Shown here piece after piece: positions 25,468 through 38,284 of a stretch of DNA of 64,000 nucleotides (positions are counted from its first letter, which is position 1; each line of letters begins with the position of its first letter). The notes beneath the pieces were generated by a model that saw only the letters and a list, made by a program, of their open reading frames with translations, made no database searches and was not told where the DNA came from. The stretch is from positions 23,851,413 through 23,915,412 of the forward strand of contig CM119263.1 in assembly GCA_051294375.1 (NCBI GenBank), written 5' to 3'. Origin of the DNA: Paraspadella gotoi. Its lineage: Eukaryota; Animalia; Chaetognatha. A program made the position numbers and the translations under genes.

Positions 25468-28220
25468 TCATCTCTCTCTCTCTCTCTCATAAATCGCGTT
25501 TCCTTCATTCGACAGTCCGACCTTGAAATCACGAGAGATAGGCAAAGGAAACCGTGACGAGTTTAGGCGAATTTTGGTCAGTCTATAGTTTATAAAAATT
25601 TAGAATATATTTCGTAACAAAATGAATTTATCCATAAATTAACTCGACCACGTTTTCAACATCGACCATGGTTAGAAATTAACAATTGGATCATGTTGAG
25701 GTGGAGTTGAGTTAAGCGGCCGAAGATGATGTCGATGCAGGAAGAGAAAAGAAGAAACGTGAAAAGGTAGGGCCGTGAGACAGGAAGTTGGTGAACGCCA
25801 ATGACGTCCAGCGGGAGAGTAAAAAAAAAATCTTGGCTCGAGAAAATCTGTGAGGCGACGCCGGGGTTGAATTGGCGAAGGGAAAGTTTGGGCAAGGTGA
25901 CCAACGATGCTAAGAATAGGAGGGGGGGCGGAGGATCATGGGCACTGGGGAGAGGAGATAAAGAGAGAGAGAGGAATCAGTTCATCTTAACTAATGCTTG
26001 TATAGCCATTTAATTTCAAATCATAATTGTTTACGAATGCAATCTGAAATTTGTAACATTAGCCATTTCTCCTTTAATTTTTACTTTGTGTATGTATATT
26101 ATATATTTAGTTCTTACTTGAAATGTAGGCTAAAAGTTTATTAAGGCTAAGATTGGAAAAAAACGCTCAGTCAAGGAAGACAAAAAATTTGTTTGTTAAG
26201 GTTCATTTTCTTGGTTCAGCTTGCGTTGAAGATCAAACACCAACGACATTTATCTCCACAAAATAACAATAACAACAACGAAAATGGATTATATTTTTTT
26301 CTGGAATTGCAAGGACATGGGCATTTTTTCGTTAAGCCAAGTACAAATCATTACATGCTATTTAAAACAATATTTCTTTCTTTCTTTCTTCACGTTCTTT
26401 TTTCTTTCTTTCTTCTTTCTTTTCTTTCTTTCTTTCTCTCTTTTTTTCCCCTCCATTCGCTTAATTTTTTGTTAGCTGCTTCATTTTTACGTCTTTTCAT
26501 TTTTAAAATTTCTTCTTTTCTCTTTTATTTTTTTGAGTTTTCGTGCTAAAAAGAGATAACGAATGAAAAGGAAAACCGAGTCGACGTCAAGTTCAAACCA
26601 GAGAAGAGGAAGAGAAGGGAAAAAATTAAAAGGGAGCGGACAAAGCGAGCGCTAGTAAAAATTAGGGAAAAACTGGAAATAAGAAAAAATGAACTGAAAT
26701 AGAAAAAAGATGTATGAATGAACGATAAAAGCCAGGAGTAAATAAATTAAATAAATAAAAAAATAAAAAATTAAAAATAAGGGGATCTAAAAAAAAAGCG
26801 AAAAATAAACGCAAGTCAAAGGAACTATTGAGCAAAAAAAAACAAAGACAAAAAAAACAACCCGAAGATGTTTGTTCAATTTTCGTTCAAAAAAAGAAGC
26901 AAATGTCGAAGGTGCTAAAAGTGGAAAAAATGAAAACCTAAAAAAGAAAGTTAAAAAAATCTTTAAAACATGTTGGAGCTTAGAACGATTTTGTGAACTA
27001 GGAAAACAAAAAACAAAGTGAACGACGACGACGACGCGACGTAATGGCGGCTGACGGTGGAAACGAGCGAGACGATACTAAGTTTACGACGAAAATAAAA
27101 AATCAATTTAAGTTCGATTTTATGTTATGACCCATAAAAAAAAGGTATTCATATTTTTTTTTTAAAGTAAATTAGGTAATAATTTCATTTACATTAAAAA
27201 AAAATAATAACAATAAACAGATCATCTTTTTTGTTTGTATATAATAGTTAAACTAACGGGCGTAATAACTTGGGCGACTAAAAATAAAACGGCGAGAATA
27301 AAAAAAAGCAACAATAAAAGAGAAAAAAGAAAACCGATAACGAGAGTAATAACCAAATGTGTCGCTTTCATCGTCAACTTTCCGTGGAAAAACCGAGGTC
27401 AAGTTCGACCTACCATATTGAAAAGGGGAAAAAGAGAAGGGGGAGGGAGGGGAAAAAAAAATGGATCAGCAGCTGTTTCTTGTCGAGTAGGATCCTTCGC
27501 CGAACTACTTTTTATTTGTTATGCTTACTTATTTAACTCGAAATCAAGATTAGTCTCCCATCGATAACCGACGACCATCATTTTCGTCGTCGTCGGCTGC
27601 TGTCGTCGTCGTGCCATCTTTGTTTTAATACTGCCTCGTTCCCAGATCGAAGCACGCCGCCGCGACCGCGCGTTCCGGACGAGAGGGATCGTCGTCGTCG
27701 TCGTCCGTTTCGGCGTTCTCATCATCTGTTGACAATGTAATGGTTCAAAATCTATAGCTGACTTTTTTTTTTTTCAACAAGCGGGGAAAAAAAAAGTAAT
27801 GTTGGAATGCAATTAGACGATTTTTACGTTTCGAGAGTTTTTCGCTTCGCAAATCAACACGTTTCCCCCCAGCAAGGAAAGGCCTAAAAACAAGGAGGGC
27901 GTAAACGACAAAATGATGGAAAATCGAAGCTTGCAATGTCCAAAATGGGAGAACGCCAATATTTTAGAAAACGGAAGAGAACGCAATGACGGAATTCGGG
28001 GATTATAAATGACAGGAAATTAAGGATATATCAATGACGGAATTAAGTTGGACGCATCGATGGAAATCGCAGCTTTGAAACGACGAAAATTCAAAAAATA
28101 AAAATGAACGAAAAACTTTTAAAGACCAAATAACGAAAATCGGGGAATTTTTCGATGAGAAGCGAAAACGGAATGAGCGGCCAAGCACGTGTCGAAAAGT
28201 GCAACTCAATTCCACAGTCT

Positions 28221-28251
<31 letters not shown>

Positions 28252-29721
28252 TGTTATCCTCTTTTCGCGGCAAACTCCGTCATCCTCGTCATTCAACTAC
28301 AAGGAGATCCAACGGGTGCCGTTCTCAAAAGAATTTATTAGCTCAGTGAGCATATTTAAATAAAATCTTTTCATTAATGTGCAAAAATAAATCAAAAGTC
28401 ATGACAACTTTGTTTTATACCCCTCAATCCTATTGAAAAATCAAAGGTTATGTCCAAGTGTAGAAAGGGGAAAAGTTCGCAGAAAATCGCTTTTTTCTAA
28501 GTTTTTCTGATTTCGAAAATTACTCACTGCTATTCAACAGTTCTTGTATGGCCAACAGCCGGGTTCCCTGTGATGCCCATTGGATGGGGCATCTCACTGT
28601 TGGCTTTGGGGGCTTCCGACCTCAGTGACGCCCTCAGTCACTGCGCGGTTACCCTAGGACGGTCTCTGGCTTTGGCCCAAAACGCAGAGGGAAGTCTGGA
28701 TGGAACACAAAGACTGGGATGGTGTGGTTACACCCTCGGAAGGCACGGCTGAATGCAATGGTGGATGTGAAGCGGTATGTTAATATACCGCCACCACTTG
28801 TCTCTTTTAGTTTTTTTTTAAGAGCCGGGGCAAAGTCAAGAGCTTCCTGTCGACCATTGGTGACCATTCATTGAAAGTTTAGTGAAAAACTTTAAAAAGA
28901 ATAGCGCAATTCCAAAGTTGAAAGTTTTGTTTCGAGAATTCAAAAAAAAATCAAAATTCTTATCTCGCCGTAAAAAATATCGTGTTCTTTCACTGTTAAA
29001 ATATGAAATGAAACATGTCGTCACATGTTTTATAGAACGAGCAACGAGAAAAAAATTTTCGAGGCCTTTTCTAACTAATAAAAATCTATATTCATGACAA
29101 TGGATAGATTATATGGGTGCTGTAGCCATTTTTTTTGAAGGTCGGTGCCCGCGTGGATCTCCTTGAAAGGGCTAGAGGAAAACGGTTCACACAGTCCGAA
29201 CTACTTTCGGTTAGTAAACCTCTTTCAAATCTTCTTCTTTTTAGTTTTGGTCGTCGTCGCAATCGTCGTCCATCGCCGTCATTTTTCTTTTTCAAGTGAA
29301 TCTATCCAGAAACTCTTCCGTTGCAGCGTGCGCGCCAGCCAGTGCCTCCACATTTTATCCGCGCATTTTTGATGTTTGCTATCAAATTATTTGGGATTCT
29401 CTCTCGCCGTTCCGCCAATGTAAAATTCCTATCCGAGTGATTTTCAATTTCAAATCTTACTCGCTTCATGCCTATTGTCTCTCTTGTTTTTCCAGGACAG
29501 AATTTCCGTTCATCGCATCTTTTCGTCCGAATGTCTTATTGTCTGTTCTGGCGTTTCGTTTGACTGTCAGTTCGAAAGCCGAACTTTCGCATGGCAACGT
29601 TAATGAGCTTTGGTGCTCGCCCAAACCGCTAACTCGCGCCGTCCACGCCGCATTTCTTCTCGGCGGACTCGGAGAGAGAAAAGAGAGAGAGAGAGAGAGA
29701 GAAAGAGGGAGAGAGAGAGAG

Positions 29722-29777
<56 letters not shown>

Positions 29778-30317
29778 AGAGAGAGAGAAAAGAGAGAGAG
29801 AGAGAGAGAAGCAAACTTCTCTCTCAACCTTTTTCTCCGCTCAGGATCCACCTCTTTCGTGTTTACAACATTACCGTTTTTCTTTTTTTACAGTTTGGCC
29901 ACAAGACTCTGCATTTTCCCTTTTTCTACAAACTTAGTTTCCGCCATTATCATTTTCTCCAGTCCAGTTCCTTGACCTTTTTCCCTCCTCTTTCTTTCCT
30001 ACTTTTCACATTTCTTCCACCGTCGCGCAAGCGCACGGGACGCGTTTTTCCACGTGCGTCTCTAGAATTCTCTGACTTCCGGTTTCGCGATTGCCGTGAA
30101 TTTCCGGATACGCCCTCTGCTTTCACCGTCTTCTTGTCGTTTCACAGGGGCGAATATCAAGAATTAAACGGTTAAAGCGAAAGAATAATAGTATTTGTTT
30201 TCATTCAATTGCGAAATTTTTTTTTACTTTTTACGTCCTTTCACTTTCTGTATCTCTTTCTCTGTCTGTCTTCTTTCTATGTGTCTCTCTCGTCTGTCTT
30301 TCTCTCTCTTTTCTTTC

Positions 30318-30354
<37 letters not shown>

Positions 30355-32797
30355 TCTATCTATCTATCTATCTATCTATCTAGTCTATCTATCCTATCTA
30401 TCTATCTTTCTATCTATCTGTCTCTCTCTCTCTCATCTTCGTCTCTCTCTCTTCTCTCTCTCTTCTCTCTCTCTCGTCTCTCTCGTCTCTGTCTCTCTCT
30501 CTTAAATTATAACTAGAAATAAAAGCCTTATAAATATATATCTTTCTTTGGTTACAGAAAAATACGATGATGTTATAAGAAGAATAAAACTATACGAATA
30601 AAAGACACGACGTATGATGAAGACGACTGAGAACGACGACGACGACGACCGACGTCTCGGGTCTTCTTCGGCCTCAGGCCTTTTCTCGCCAAAGATGGAA
30701 TTGTTTTTGGAGAGAAGAGAAATTTGTCGCGAACGACGACGTCGACGATTCGTGTTAAGAACGAAGACTATTTTTTTTTTCCAAGTCGAATCGAATTGTA
30801 GAGCCGACCAAAAGATCGGACCGACAACGTTCGAACCGACGCAGTTCGAACGCGAACAAAACGAAATTTGCTTCGAAAAAAAAAAAAAAAAAAAAATTTC
30901 CGCGCCATTTTCGTTTTTCCCGCGAGAGAACTTTTTTGTTCCGTCGAACAACGCCTCGTGGTCGCAAATGAGCCCTTTTGCTCCGGCAATCAAAACCCTT
31001 CCCTCTGGCAATCGAATCCTCCGCTCCCGGCAACCGATTTCTCCGCTCCGGCAAGGCCAATTCTCGACCGGCAAATGACGTCAAGCAGAGTCGATGGAAA
31101 AGCTGGCAACGCTACTTTTCGACCGACGGGGCGCCTGCTATCTGGAAAGCCAAGATAAGGAGAAACGGAAAAAAAAAAGGAAAGAAATAAAAAAAAAAAA
31201 AAAAGTGGAAAGGGAAAGAAAGCGACGCGACCGCGACCGGGAATTCTGTATCAGCGATTTTTCACGCACATTCGCGAAAAAACAATGAAAACCTAGAATC
31301 GATTGAGACGCCGGGCGGGCGTGACGTTAGCTCCTTTTCCTGTCGTATCGCCATTGTCATAATTCGACTAGCTTCCTTTTTAACTGCTACTTCCTTCTGC
31401 GCATGCGCTGATCGCCGAGTTAGTTGTAAAAGTTTTCAATTGGACGCGTTAATATGACAAAGCTTGACGAAGCTTACCTTCGACTTTAACTTAAACGGAT
31501 TTATTCGGTCAACACATGAACAACATGAAAGCAAAATGAATAATCAATCATAATAACGTCGATCAAAATAACTACGCAATCTCGATATCAACGAATCGTC
31601 TTCGTCGTCTCTTCGTCACGAACGACATCTTCACCAGAAGTGACGCGCTCTCATCAGGGCAAGAGTGAGAGGAGGAGGGAAATGGTTACGGCGGGAAGCG
31701 AGTTCGGTCCCGAGACGTCAAATCGACTTCCGTTTTTTTTCTGCTCCATAGGTTAGTTTGAAGTGTCTAACTCGCGTCGGTCCTGTTGCGGAGAGAGAAG
31801 AGAGAAGATAGAGAGAGAGAGAGAGAGAGAGAGAAGAGAGAAGAGAGAGAGAAGAAGAGAAGAGAGAGAGAGAGAACACTTTGTCCATCGGCATTTTCCG
31901 GCATTCTCTCTTCTTCTTTTTTTTTCCACGGCACTGGAGACCCGGACGCCCTCTTCGGCGCCGACACGAAGGACCACGCCCATCGGTCGTACTACGGACT
32001 CGGCGAGAGACGGCACGAGGGGGCTATGCGGAGGGGCGCTGCCGGCCGGCCAACCACGCTGCGCGCCCGCTTGCCCGGCCGCTGCCGCCGCTGCCCTCTT
32101 CCGGCCTTCGAGAGAGACGTGACGAGGTTGAGAGGAATGCGGTTCCGGTTTGGGACGCTTAAATTCCCACTTTTTTCTCTCTCTTCCTCTCTCGGTGGAG
32201 GAAAGAAATCTGCGATAAAACAGATTTAAACACACGTTACAGTAAAGATTTCGATTAAATGACCAACATAATTAATTAAATTTATGTGGATTTAGACAAG
32301 TTTTTATGCTCGCCACATTTCTTTTCATTTCAAACTCCGATACCTACGAAGCAAATCCTCCATAGTTTTTACGGAAAATTCCTTCCCTCAGTCTTCCACT
32401 TTTTTTCATTTTCTGCTCGACTCAAACGGACTCGAAATATTTTTAATGAAATAATTAACCTCCAGTAATTTGGATTTTTTTTTCCCTTACGGTCATCCTA
32501 CCGTCGCCAATCCAGTATCCGCTCCTTGCTCATCTACTCCAGGACTCGTCGTCATGCATGTCTTTTCGCCCCCCTTTTTGCGCCCCCACTCCTCCCTTTC
32601 TTTTTACCAACAAAATGGCTCCTTCCGTACCACCTTTTCAAAACCACCCAGACAACCGTCGNNNNNNNNNNNNNNNNNNNNNNNNNACCGTCCGTCCTTT
32701 TGAATTCGACGCATGCGCATGAAAACCGTTTTATCGTCTCCTTGACGACGTGGGCGTGGCCGAGGGAACCGGAAGTGGCGACGGGATCCTGGACGAC
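24866..32797 (+). repeat. Copy 3 of the ~7.9 kb unit; probable gap-fill artefact
   Basis: Same start AAAAAAGGAGGAGAGATTTAATATTTAAACC; ORF track identical to copy 4 at offset 7930; 25-N junction at 32662-32686. Confidence 0.9.
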
Positions 32798-33358
32798 AAA
32801 AAAGGAGGAGAGATTTAATATTTAAACCTTGAGAATTCTATTTTGGTATAACCAAGATCATAGTTTCTTAATAAAATCTTATTAGAATTTGGTCAGGTTG
32901 ACGATTGGCTTAAAAAAACAAATAATCTTCTAAATTTTAAGTCTTTTGTAATAATAATTTTTTAACCTTATTTATAAACCACAACAATAAATTGGAGTAT
33001 TAAGGTTATTTAATAATTTTATTTTGATTAATTTAAGTATGCTGGCTGAATAACAGGCTCATTTTTTTTCCAAAAATTTTGAATTTTTAAAACCGGAAGT
33101 GGTACGACGCAAAAACCCTGGCGTGGAAAATCGCATCAAATGAGCTATTCGGGGAAATTTTTTATTGTGATATTCGTTTTTCTCCATAAATTTGGCACAA
33201 AGAAACTTTGCAGGTATCAGGAACTTTCAAAAATGCATGTAAAAATTTCTGGGAAGCTCTAACACGGATCTGACTTTCTTTTATTACGTCACAATTTTTG
33301 GGTATAAAATTTGGGGTAGAGAACAGTCTCTCGTCTCTCTCTCTCTCTCTCGTCTCTC

Positions 33359-33390
<32 letters not shown>

Positions 33391-36150
33391 ATCTCTCTTC
33401 TCTCTCTCTCTCTCTCTCATAAATCGCGTTTCCTTCATTCGACAGTCCGACCTTGAAATCACGAGAGATAGGCAAAGGAAACCGTGACGAGTTTAGGCGA
33501 ATTTTGGTCAGTCTATAGTTTATAAAAATTTAGAATATATTTCGTAACAAAATGAATTTATCCATAAATTAACTCGACCACGTTTTCAACATCGACCATG
33601 GTTAGAAATTAACAATTGGATCATGTTGAGGTGGAGTTGAGTTAAGCGGCCGAAGATGATGTCGATGCAGGAAGAGAAAAGAAGAAACGTGAAAAGGTAG
33701 GGCCGTGAGACAGGAAGTTGGTGAACGCCAATGACGTCCAGCGGGAGAGTAAAAAAAAAATCTTGGCTCGAGAAAATCTGTGAGGCGACGCCGGGGTTGA
33801 ATTGGCGAAGGGAAAGTTTGGGCAAGGTGACCAACGATGCTAAGAATAGGAGGGGGGGCGGAGGATCATGGGCACTGGGGAGAGGAGATAAAGAGAGAGA
33901 GAGGAATCAGTTCATCTTAACTAATGCTTGTATAGCCATTTAATTTCAAATCATAATTGTTTACGAATGCAATCTGAAATTTGTAACATTAGCCATTTCT
34001 CCTTTAATTTTTACTTTGTGTATGTATATTATATATTTAGTTCTTACTTGAAATGTAGGCTAAAAGTTTATTAAGGCTAAGATTGGAAAAAAACGCTCAG
34101 TCAAGGAAGACAAAAAATTTGTTTGTTAAGGTTCATTTTCTTGGTTCAGCTTGCGTTGAAGATCAAACACCAACGACATTTATCTCCACAAAATAACAAT
34201 AACAACAACGAAAATGGATTATATTTTTTTCTGGAATTGCAAGGACATGGGCATTTTTTCGTTAAGCCAAGTACAAATCATTACATGCTATTTAAAACAA
34301 TATTTCTTTCTTTCTTTCTTCACGTTCTTTTTTCTTTCTTTCTTCTTTCTTTTCTTTCTTTCTTTCTCTCTTTTTTTCCCCTCCATTCGCTTAATTTTTT
34401 GTTAGCTGCTTCATTTTTACGTCTTTTCATTTTTAAAATTTCTTCTTTTCTCTTTTATTTTTTTGAGTTTTCGTGCTAAAAAGAGATAACGAATGAAAAG
34501 GAAAACCGAGTCGACGTCAAGTTCAAACCAGAGAAGAGGAAGAGAAGGGAAAAAATTAAAAGGGAGCGGACAAAGCGAGCGCTAGTAAAAATTAGGGAAA
34601 AACTGGAAATAAGAAAAAATGAACTGAAATAGAAAAAAGATGTATGAATGAACGATAAAAGCCAGGAGTAAATAAATTAAATAAATAAAAAAATAAAAAA
34701 TTAAAAATAAGGGGATCTAAAAAAAAAGCGAAAAATAAACGCAAGTCAAAGGAACTATTGAGCAAAAAAAAACAAAGACAAAAAAAACAACCCGAAGATG
34801 TTTGTTCAATTTTCGTTCAAAAAAAGAAGCAAATGTCGAAGGTGCTAAAAGTGGAAAAAATGAAAACCTAAAAAAGAAAGTTAAAAAAATCTTTAAAACA
34901 TGTTGGAGCTTAGAACGATTTTGTGAACTAGGAAAACAAAAAACAAAGTGAACGACGACGACGACGCGACGTAATGGCGGCTGACGGTGGAAACGAGCGA
35001 GACGATACTAAGTTTACGACGAAAATAAAAAATCAATTTAAGTTCGATTTTATGTTATGACCCATAAAAAAAAGGTATTCATATTTTTTTTTTAAAGTAA
35101 ATTAGGTAATAATTTCATTTACATTAAAAAAAAATAATAACAATAAACAGATCATCTTTTTTGTTTGTATATAATAGTTAAACTAACGGGCGTAATAACT
35201 TGGGCGACTAAAAATAAAACGGCGAGAATAAAAAAAAGCAACAATAAAAGAGAAAAAAGAAAACCGATAACGAGAGTAATAACCAAATGTGTCGCTTTCA
35301 TCGTCAACTTTCCGTGGAAAAACCGAGGTCAAGTTCGACCTACCATATTGAAAAGGGGAAAAAGAGAAGGGGGAGGGAGGGGAAAAAAAAATGGATCAGC
35401 AGCTGTTTCTTGTCGAGTAGGATCCTTCGCCGAACTACTTTTTATTTGTTATGCTTACTTATTTAACTCGAAATCAAGATTAGTCTCCCATCGATAACCG
35501 ACGACCATCATTTTCGTCGTCGTCGGCTGCTGTCGTCGTCGTGCCATCTTTGTTTTAATACTGCCTCGTTCCCAGATCGAAGCACGCCGCCGCGACCGCG
35601 CGTTCCGGACGAGAGGGATCGTCGTCGTCGTCGTCCGTTTCGGCGTTCTCATCATCTGTTGACAATGTAATGGTTCAAAATCTATAGCTGACTTTTTTTT
35701 TTTTCAACAAGCGGGGAAAAAAAAAGTAATGTTGGAATGCAATTAGACGATTTTTACGTTTCGAGAGTTTTTCGCTTCGCAAATCAACACGTTTCCCCCC
35801 AGCAAGGAAAGGCCTAAAAACAAGGAGGGCGTAAACGACAAAATGATGGAAAATCGAAGCTTGCAATGTCCAAAATGGGAGAACGCCAATATTTTAGAAA
35901 ACGGAAGAGAACGCAATGACGGAATTCGGGGATTATAAATGACAGGAAATTAAGGATATATCAATGACGGAATTAAGTTGGACGCATCGATGGAAATCGC
36001 AGCTTTGAAACGACGAAAATTCAAAAAATAAAAATGAACGAAAAACTTTTAAAGACCAAATAACGAAAATCGGGGAATTTTTCGATGAGAAGCGAAAACG
36101 GAATGAGCGGCCAAGCACGTGTCGAAAAGTGCAACTCAATTCCACAGTCT

Positions 36151-36181
<31 letters not shown>

Positions 36182-37651
36182 TGTTATCCTCTTTTCGCGG
36201 CAAACTCCGTCATCCTCGTCATTCAACTACAAGGAGATCCAACGGGTGCCGTTCTCAAAAGAATTTATTAGCTCAGTGAGCATATTTAAATAAAATCTTT
36301 TCATTAATGTGCAAAAATAAATCAAAAGTCATGACAACTTTGTTTTATACCCCTCAATCCTATTGAAAAATCAAAGGTTATGTCCAAGTGTAGAAAGGGG
36401 AAAAGTTCGCAGAAAATCGCTTTTTTCTAAGTTTTTCTGATTTCGAAAATTACTCACTGCTATTCAACAGTTCTTGTATGGCCAACAGCCGGGTTCCCTG
36501 TGATGCCCATTGGATGGGGCATCTCACTGTTGGCTTTGGGGGCTTCCGACCTCAGTGACGCCCTCAGTCACTGCGCGGTTACCCTAGGACGGTCTCTGGC
36601 TTTGGCCCAAAACGCAGAGGGAAGTCTGGATGGAACACAAAGACTGGGATGGTGTGGTTACACCCTCGGAAGGCACGGCTGAATGCAATGGTGGATGTGA
36701 AGCGGTATGTTAATATACCGCCACCACTTGTCTCTTTTAGTTTTTTTTTAAGAGCCGGGGCAAAGTCAAGAGCTTCCTGTCGACCATTGGTGACCATTCA
36801 TTGAAAGTTTAGTGAAAAACTTTAAAAAGAATAGCGCAATTCCAAAGTTGAAAGTTTTGTTTCGAGAATTCAAAAAAAAATCAAAATTCTTATCTCGCCG
36901 TAAAAAATATCGTGTTCTTTCACTGTTAAAATATGAAATGAAACATGTCGTCACATGTTTTATAGAACGAGCAACGAGAAAAAAATTTTCGAGGCCTTTT
37001 CTAACTAATAAAAATCTATATTCATGACAATGGATAGATTATATGGGTGCTGTAGCCATTTTTTTTGAAGGTCGGTGCCCGCGTGGATCTCCTTGAAAGG
37101 GCTAGAGGAAAACGGTTCACACAGTCCGAACTACTTTCGGTTAGTAAACCTCTTTCAAATCTTCTTCTTTTTAGTTTTGGTCGTCGTCGCAATCGTCGTC
37201 CATCGCCGTCATTTTTCTTTTTCAAGTGAATCTATCCAGAAACTCTTCCGTTGCAGCGTGCGCGCCAGCCAGTGCCTCCACATTTTATCCGCGCATTTTT
37301 GATGTTTGCTATCAAATTATTTGGGATTCTCTCTCGCCGTTCCGCCAATGTAAAATTCCTATCCGAGTGATTTTCAATTTCAAATCTTACTCGCTTCATG
37401 CCTATTGTCTCTCTTGTTTTTCCAGGACAGAATTTCCGTTCATCGCATCTTTTCGTCCGAATGTCTTATTGTCTGTTCTGGCGTTTCGTTTGACTGTCAG
37501 TTCGAAAGCCGAACTTTCGCATGGCAACGTTAATGAGCTTTGGTGCTCGCCCAAACCGCTAACTCGCGCCGTCCACGCCGCATTTCTTCTCGGCGGACTC
37601 GGAGAGAGAAAAGAGAGAGAGAGAGAGAGAGAAAGAGGGAGAGAGAGAGAG

Positions 37652-37707
<56 letters not shown>

Positions 37708-38247
37708 AGAGAGAGAGAAAAGAGAGAGAGAGAGAGAGAAGCAAACTTCTCTCTCAACCTTTTTCTCCGCTCAGGATCCACCTCTTTCGTGTTTACAACA
37801 TTACCGTTTTTCTTTTTTTACAGTTTGGCCACAAGACTCTGCATTTTCCCTTTTTCTACAAACTTAGTTTCCGCCATTATCATTTTCTCCAGTCCAGTTC
37901 CTTGACCTTTTTCCCTCCTCTTTCTTTCCTACTTTTCACATTTCTTCCACCGTCGCGCAAGCGCACGGGACGCGTTTTTCCACGTGCGTCTCTAGAATTC
38001 TCTGACTTCCGGTTTCGCGATTGCCGTGAATTTCCGGATACGCCCTCTGCTTTCACCGTCTTCTTGTCGTTTCACAGGGGCGAATATCAAGAATTAAACG
38101 GTTAAAGCGAAAGAATAATAGTATTTGTTTTCATTCAATTGCGAAATTTTTTTTTACTTTTTACGTCCTTTCACTTTCTGTATCTCTTTCTCTGTCTGTC
38201 TTCTTTCTATGTGTCTCTCTCGTCTGTCTTTCTCTCTCTTTTCTTTC

Positions 38248-38284
<37 letters not shown>
